DNA of 41,232 bases from Octopus bimaculoides (Eukaryota): NCBI RefSeq assembly GCF_001194135.2, contig NC_068999.1, forward strand, positions 12,873,869 through 12,915,100. The letters run 5' to 3'. The first letter of the stretch is position 1. Every line of letters starts with the position of its first letter. Position numbers and translations under genes: made by a program. Of the stretch, positions 34,901 through 41,232 are shown in pieces. Under the pieces are notes generated by a model, which saw only the letters and a list, made by a program, of their open reading frames with translations, ran no database searches and was not told the DNA's origin.

Positions 34901-37534
34901 NNNNNNNNNNNNNNNNNNNNNNNNNNNNNNNNNNNNNNNNNNNNNNNNNNNNNNNNNNNNNNNNNNNNNNNNNNNNNNNNNNNNNNNNNNNNNNNNNNNN
35001 NNNNNNNNNNNNNNNNNNNNNNNNNNNNNNNNNNNNNNNNNNNNNNNNNNNNNNNNNNNNNNNNNNNNNNNNNNNNNNNNNNNNNNNNNNNNNNNNNNNN
35101 NNNNNNNNNNNNNNNNNNNNNNNNNNNNNNNNNNNNNNNNNNNNNNNNNNNNNNNNNNNNNNNNNNNNNNNNNNNNNNNNNNNNNNNNNNNNNNNNNNNN
35201 NNNNNNNNNNNNNNNNNNNNNNNNNNNNNNNNNNNNNNNNNNNNNNNNNNNNNNNNNNNNNNNNNNNNNNNNNATATATGTATGTATATGTTTATATATA
35301 TATATATGTGTATATATATGCATGCGTATATACACACACACGCACACACAGGCACACCCACACGAAGACACACATACACAGATATCTATACATTTCAATC
35401 TATCTAAATAGTATTTTCGACGAAAATTTCCCGCTGCACATATCGATTGAAATATGTGCTGCGATGTACATATGTATGCATTATCAACATATATAGCCGT
35501 AGGTGTTTTCTGCTGTGTCTCAAATATACACACCCGCGCGTACACACACATAGTCACACAAACACACACATACGCACAAACACACATAGATAACCACGCA
35601 TACGCACGCAGTCATGCATATTCACACCCATACACATATAAAGTAATGTATGATATAAAATATTAAGCTAAAAACATTATGTGTGTGTGTTTGCGTGTGT
35701 GTGTGTGAGTATGTGCGTGTATCTATATATATGACTAGGCAAAAATATAAAGATGAATAGTAGAACGTATGAACAATTACATCTTGTGACCGTCTTATCT
35801 TTCTTGTGTAATTTTATATTTCTTTCAGCTTTTCTAACATTCTGGATATTGAATGTATGAAGCCTTTCAACTATGAACAGATCGTGTTAGGATGAATAGC
35901 GTTGATGGAAAACAATATATAGAATGTATTTCTTTATCAGTGCTTTAACCCAATAGAAATTTCCAAAGTGAGAAACCTCGGAAAGATACGCAAGCCATTT
36001 ATTCTAAAGTTAAACTTTTAAACTTTTATATTCCATTGACAAAAATATTCATACATATCTGCATTTAATTCCATTTATTTTGTACTCAACATTTTTGTGC
36101 CTGTTTTTTTTTTATGTTAATGGACTCTATTTTCTCTTCCTGCTACACTCGCATATCTATCTGTATTTGTGTGACAGTGTATGTATGTACGTGTGGATGT
36201 ATGTAGATATGTATATGTGTATGTATATAAAGAGATAAATGGTAAAACGATACAGAAGCACACTGGGTCAAAGCATATCTTATGTGAACTTAAGTACATT
36301 TTACTGAAATAATAACTTTGAATATATTCATAATTTTTATGTCTTGTCTGCTTCAGAATATGAGATTTGATAAGCACTTTGATTAAAAATATATTTTAAA
36401 GACCTCTATATTACTGTCTACGTTTTTCATTGCGCTCTTAAATTGAAGAACCTATTGTTCTCTAAATATGCTTTATAAATTGAAGGAACGCATTGCCTGT
36501 TTCTGATGACTCATTGAATCAAACACTTATCTCCTTAAGGAATTATTATATGACTATTCGGCTTTCAAAAATTGAGCAGTGATACGAACAATTAAGTATC
36601 TCCTATCCTTGGTTCAGTGTTTGTTTACAGCACTTACACGAATGAGCTTGTATGCATGTTCGATCTTCGAAGGACAGCAGACAAATTTTCCCCAAATTAA
36701 GTTCTCTCTCACTTGCTTTAAGTTATAGTCATTGGATAATAATTGCATTGGCTTCACATCATAACGAATCTTGTAATGTACTGAAAGACGTTGCTGATTT
36801 AAATCGACAGGAAAACTGGCTTCAAATATAGAAGTTCAAGCGTGATATTTATATTAATATGCATGTAACATAATAGTTTATTCATTACTGTACCATAAAC
36901 ATTTAACGAGCTTTTTTGTTAAATATAAAGCTGACACAAAATTTCTTTAGTTACGTAACATGATTTTCAATCATCCCGTTAACATATGTTTATATTGTTT
37001 TTTGTCATATGTTCTATACATTTTCTTTGTTTCCTTGTTTATTAATCTTTCATCTTCCTTCGACAATTCCCATCTCGATCTTACCTCCGTTATATATAGA
37101 GATCAAAATCACAAACTTCATAGCCAATTTGTCATTTTTTCTCTTTTCAGTTATAGGAATGCATTACTGAAATGCATTTAACTCCGAGAACAAAGGTTCG
37201 AAAACGTACATCAGAACTCAAAACATCTCGAGCAACTGTCTTTGGACACCTGTATCATGTAGTAGGTAACGATAACATAGAAATAATATATAAATTAAAT
37301 CAAAACGATTTTGTTCTTATAATATTGTAAGGGGATTTCCCATCAGGGAGAAGATTGAATGAACGTTTCATTAGCCTTTGGGACAGTATGTCCTCACCCA
37401 AACCTAATTCAGTTATCGTATCAATGTGACATAGTGCACGAAACTTGGGTCCTTGAAAAGGATGTTCGGTATGCACATTTTAACGGTGTAGCTTTATATA
37501 TAATTCACTAAGCAAGTTAACTGATTTACACACA

Positions 37535-37536
<2 letters not shown>

Positions 37537-37608
<72 letters not shown>
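37537..37608. repeat. (CT)n microsatellite followed by (CA)n
   Basis: Direct reading. Confidence 0.97.
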
Positions 37609-37609
<1 letters not shown>

Positions 37610-37804
37610 ACACACACACACATGCACATACACACACACACACACATATATTTATATAAGGTTGTTTCACATGAAATTTCGAATTTTTGATAACTATTGA
37701 TATCAGTCATTTAACTCAATTAGGTATACCTTGCATTTAATCATGACACATTTTCTTTACCAATAATTTTAGTATACAAAATTCGTACCCACAGACATTA
37801 TGAA

Positions 37805-37950
37805 AATGATAACTACCAAACCATGTTGAGTGGTTTTCTCGTACGAGTACAAACCGGGTCACTCTGCTGCAGAAGCTCTACGGAATATCAAGCGGGATTT
37901 TGGCAATCGTTTTGTTGACATCAGAAGTGTTCAGAGTTGGTTCCAAATCT
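37805..37950 (+). mobile_element. Mariner (Tc1/mariner) transposase N-terminal HTH remnant
   Basis: MITTKPC*VVFSYEYKPGHSAAEALRNIKRDFGNRFVDIRSVQSWFQ matches the mariner/SETMAR-type motif LYEFKLG..AAEA.RNI...FG...V..RTVQ.WF. Confidence 0.85.
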
Positions 37951-38039
37951 CTCTTGAAATATACAAACCAGTCGATAAAAATGACAGACAGTAGAATCGT
38001 TAGAGGCTGCTATGATTGTCAAGAAACAATCTATAATCG

Positions 38040-38735
38040 GAATACACAAAACCAGGTGTAGTGCAATCCCAGAGTCAGAGTCGGTGCGTTAGCTGAGAAT
38101 CGTCATGAGAGATCGTGCAGCATAATTGAATATTACCAAGATGACCGCATTGTACATGCTAGGAAAATTTTGTTTCTCAGCCATCTGTAGTACTGCTCCC
38201 TACAATCATCTTCCTGAGCCTCAAACGGGTGAATGGAGGTACATGAGGCAGTCTAACGCCACTACACAAAGATGTTTAACTCGGTGAAACAGATGATCTA
38301 ATAGGAGACTCTAAACGAATTATACCTCTACTCTCTAGACAGGAGTCGTTAAACATATGCCGTGATATACACATGGACGATGCTGGAAGATCTAGCTCCC
38401 AACTGTGGCGTTGAAAGCAATGCTGGCCACCGAACCGGACGACATTATATACTACCAAAGATATCGAGTTTTCCATCTCGAATAAAGAAACAGAATTGGA
38501 ACAGCTTGTGCTTCAATGATCCAGAACTGTTCAAAATCTACAAAACAACCAATGAGATTTGTGTGGGGTAGATGTAGATTTCTTCAGTGATCAGCTGGAG
38601 AAATTGAAACATATTGTGGAAAGAGACACACAGAAGAGCAGCAACGTCCTCGTCGTTACTTTACCAATAGCAGTACAGAAAAGAAATCCAAACACACCAA
38701 AATGCAATGTGACAGCTTGGTCCAGCTTCCGGTAG
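38040..38735 (+). mobile_element. 5'-truncated CR1/L2-group LINE, ORF2 C-terminal region
   Basis: FLSHL*YCS (LSRLDYCS-like), ETLNELYLYSLDRSR*TYAVIYTWTMLEDLAPNCGVES..RTGRHYILPKI..NSLCFNDPELFK..VDVDFF..RRAATSSSLLYQ. These fit the L..L.L.SLERRR and GP.LFN.LP patterns of this group. Confidence 0.82.
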
Positions 38736-39202
38736 AGGTAACTTAAAGAACATACACACATACACAAATATATTGTACACTCGCACACATTGAGGTAGGG
38801 TGAGAAATGGTGAACAAAATAAGTAAAGCGTTGAGATTAAGCTATTTGGGATTTCATATATACGCAGCCTCTGTTATATAATTTTCCTGCCATTTTATTA
38901 ATTACAATAAATATTTCTATATTTTCTAATATGAGTAATACAAAATTACTATTTCTCATTTTAGCATTAATGAATAACATACATTTTACCTCAATGTCAT
39001 AAAGGTCAAAGAAAATTGCAGTAAGCAATCTCTAAAATGGAAATAATTTCTTTTAGGTCTAAAGATCAGATATGATATAAAAGTGAACAATTAGTATAAA
39101 TTGACTCTTGATTAGTATTTTATATTTCAAATCAAAATTTTCCAACGAACATTGAACTTGATCAATCTATCATTAAAATTATTAATCACTTCTTCCTGCC
39201 TG

Positions 39203-39204
<2 letters not shown>

Positions 39205-39288
<84 letters not shown>
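39205..39288. repeat. Perfect (GT)n microsatellite
   Basis: Direct reading. Confidence 0.97.
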
Positions 39289-39291
<3 letters not shown>

Positions 39292-39812
39292 ATTTTTTGC
39301 TTAAAAATATTAGGAAGACGGTCCATAAATAATCACTTGAGCATGAAAATAATTATCAGATGTATCAAACATAAAACTGTATAAAACTGTAGTATAAATC
39401 TCAAAGCATCGATTTTTGTTATTTTAACACGCTGTTATACATGTACACGAATAATGTACTGTATATTGGTGTCGCCATAAGTGTTAATTGTTTTAGAGAT
39501 AGTTTGAAGTTGATCTTTTCTTCTATAGCCACTTCATTTTGTAGAATGGATTCCTAATAATACTAGGAGTCTTCGAGATTGTAGAATCGTAAAGGCTTTG
39601 GAAAAATGTGGAAGTTTAATTCTCCGCGCTTTTTACGTTCTTAGTCCAAATATCATCCATGTCAATTATGCTTTTCATCACTTCTGGATATGTATATAAA
39701 GTACCATTCAATTACTGGTTGGCAATACAATTTACTCATTCCTAATCTAAAGTACTGTAATGGGCAACAAAGAATTACTATTCATATAATTTTCAGTATT
39801 AAATATTTTAAT

Positions 39813-40140
39813 GGAGGCACAATGACCCAGTGGTTAGGGCAGCGGATTCGCGGTCATAGGATCGTGGTTTCGATTCCCAGACCGGGCGTTGTGAGTGTTT
39901 ATTGAGTGAAAACACCACTACTTTCTCTCACTCTTACTTCATGTTTCTGTTGTGCCTGTAATTCAAGAGGTCGGCCTTGTCACACTGTGTCACGTTGAAC
40001 ATCCCCGAGAACTACGTTAAGGGTACACGTGTCTGTGGAGTGCTCAGTCACTTGCACGTTAATTTCACGAGCAGGCTGTTCCGTTGATCGGATCAACTGA
40101 AACCCTCGACGTCGTAAGCGACGGTGTGCCAACGACAACA
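39813..40140 (+). mobile_element. Well-preserved tRNA-derived SINE with Pol III A and B boxes and an (AAC)-type tail
   Basis: GGAGGCACAATGACCCAGTGGTTAGGGCAGCGGATTCGCGGTCATAGGATCGTGGTTTCGATTCCCAG: A-box TGACCCAGTGG, B-box GGTTTCGATTCC, TCG at the anticodon position. It continues into a non-tRNA body homologous to 23185-23425. Confidence 0.88.
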
Positions 40141-40274
40141 ATCGAATATCTTAACTGTGGATATGTTGATAGAACAATTATTCATGATAAAGTATTATAC
40201 AAAGGAAATTTGACAACCTCATCATGGATACTAGATATGTTTTCCTACTCCAGACACAAGGGACGAACGTTTGG

Positions 40275-40821
40275 GAGTAGGGGCTAGTCGATAAGATCTA
40301 CTCCAGTACGCAACTGGTACTTAATCTATCGACTCCGAAAGGATGAAAGGCAAAGTAAACATCGGCGTAATTTGAATTCATTACGTAACGGCAGACGAAA
40401 TACCGCTAAGTATTTCGACCGGCGTGCTAAGGTATCTTATTTCTTAATTGCCCACAAGGGGCTAAACATAGCTGGGACAAACAAGGACATACTAAGGGAA
40501 TAAGTCGATTGCATCGACCCCAGTGCGTAACTGGTACTTAATTAATCGACTCCGAAAGAATGAAAGGTAAAGTAGACCTCTGGAGAATTTGAACTCCGAA
40601 CGTAACGGCAGACGAAATAAAATAAGCATTTCGTCCGGCGTGCTAACGTTTCTTATTTCTTTAGTGCCCACGAGGGGCTAAACACAGAGGGGACAAACAA
40701 GAACAGACAAACGGATTAAGTCCATGATGTCGACTACAGNNNNNNNNNNAACGTAGCGGCAGACGAAATACTGCTAAGCATTTCGGCCGGCGCGTTAACG
40801 TTTCTGCCAGCTCGCCGCCTT
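40275..40821 (-). mobile_element. Head-to-tail trimer of one tRNA-derived SINE family (units ~40651-40821, 40435-40650, 40275-40432)
   Basis: The block ACGTA(A/G)CGGCAGACGAAATA..AAG(C/T)ATTTCG.CCGGCG(T/C)G(C/T)TAA occurs three times. The tail CTTATTTCTT..TGCCCAC.AGGGGCTAAACA occurs twice. Only the rightmost unit has the full head AAGGCGGCGAGCTGGCAG. Confidence 0.9.
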
Positions 40822-41232
40822 ATGAATAGCAGACATGAAAATATGTTTCACTCCGTACATTTGTCTGCCTCTTTGCTATTTTGGAATTGGATCATATTTC
40901 AGTTCATTGACTCTACTCTGTATAATGTTTTGGTTTTTGAAAATTATTGAGACACGTTGCTGATTCAACTAAAAACAATTCTGACATATTTTATCTTCAC
41001 TTGCTATGATTTCCTGCATGTTAGTTATCGCTGCAGTATCTTCTATACAGATAAGATTTTATTTTTAATGAACGCTTAGAAAACTTACAACGGGTCTAGC
41101 ATTGCATACACATACGAAACGTAATATTTAACACAATTTGATGATCTAAGCATTTAAATATGTGTAAATATAACCAGCGAGTACCATGGTGTCGAAATAA
41201 CACAATTTAATCAGTGATATAGTATTCATATA

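Noticed and set aside
37151-37265. Strong + strand acceptor (TTTTTTCTCTTTTCAG, with an alternative TAG 6 nt downstream) and donor TAG|GTAACG
   Set aside because: All frames from the first AG hit stops. The frame from the second AG is open but cannot be linked to any other exon or family.
39813-39885. tRNA-like sequence (TCG at the anticodon position)
   Set aside because: It is the head of a SINE: it continues into a repeat body shared with 23185-23425, and the acceptor stem does not close.
40275-40821. Repeat-spacer-like periodicity suggestive of an array
   Set aside because: The units are ~200-bp diverged SINE copies with no unique spacers and no cas genes, in a eukaryotic context. Not CRISPR.

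Overview
Eukaryotic, very AT-rich, microsatellite- and retroposon-dense genomic DNA from a short-read scaffold. It has 11 N-gaps, most flanked by (AT)n or other simple repeats. The SINE families and repeat landscape look like an octopod cephalopod (Octopus-like); this is inference, not a database match. Almost all ORFs in the supplied track are artefacts of simple repeats or N runs. The best-supported host gene is a + strand spliced 3' end read from splice signals: exons 4940-5026, 5975-6036, 8133-8172 and 21030-21105. They join in frame to an unrecognised ~89-aa C-terminus. The rest is mobile DNA: a decayed near-complete RTE LINE with three C2H2-like finger remnants, three R4/Dong-type LINE fragments sitting in (AAT)n-type tracts, a CR1/L2-group LINE 3' end, a mariner transposase remnant, a MITE-like inverted repeat and many tRNA-derived SINEs including a head-to-tail trimer. 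The most unusual signal is three minus-strand motifs with minimal type-I hammerhead ribozyme architecture but variant catalytic cores, in probable Penelope-like repeat remnants. No prokaryote-type systems (CRISPR, operons), rRNA or true tRNA genes were seen.
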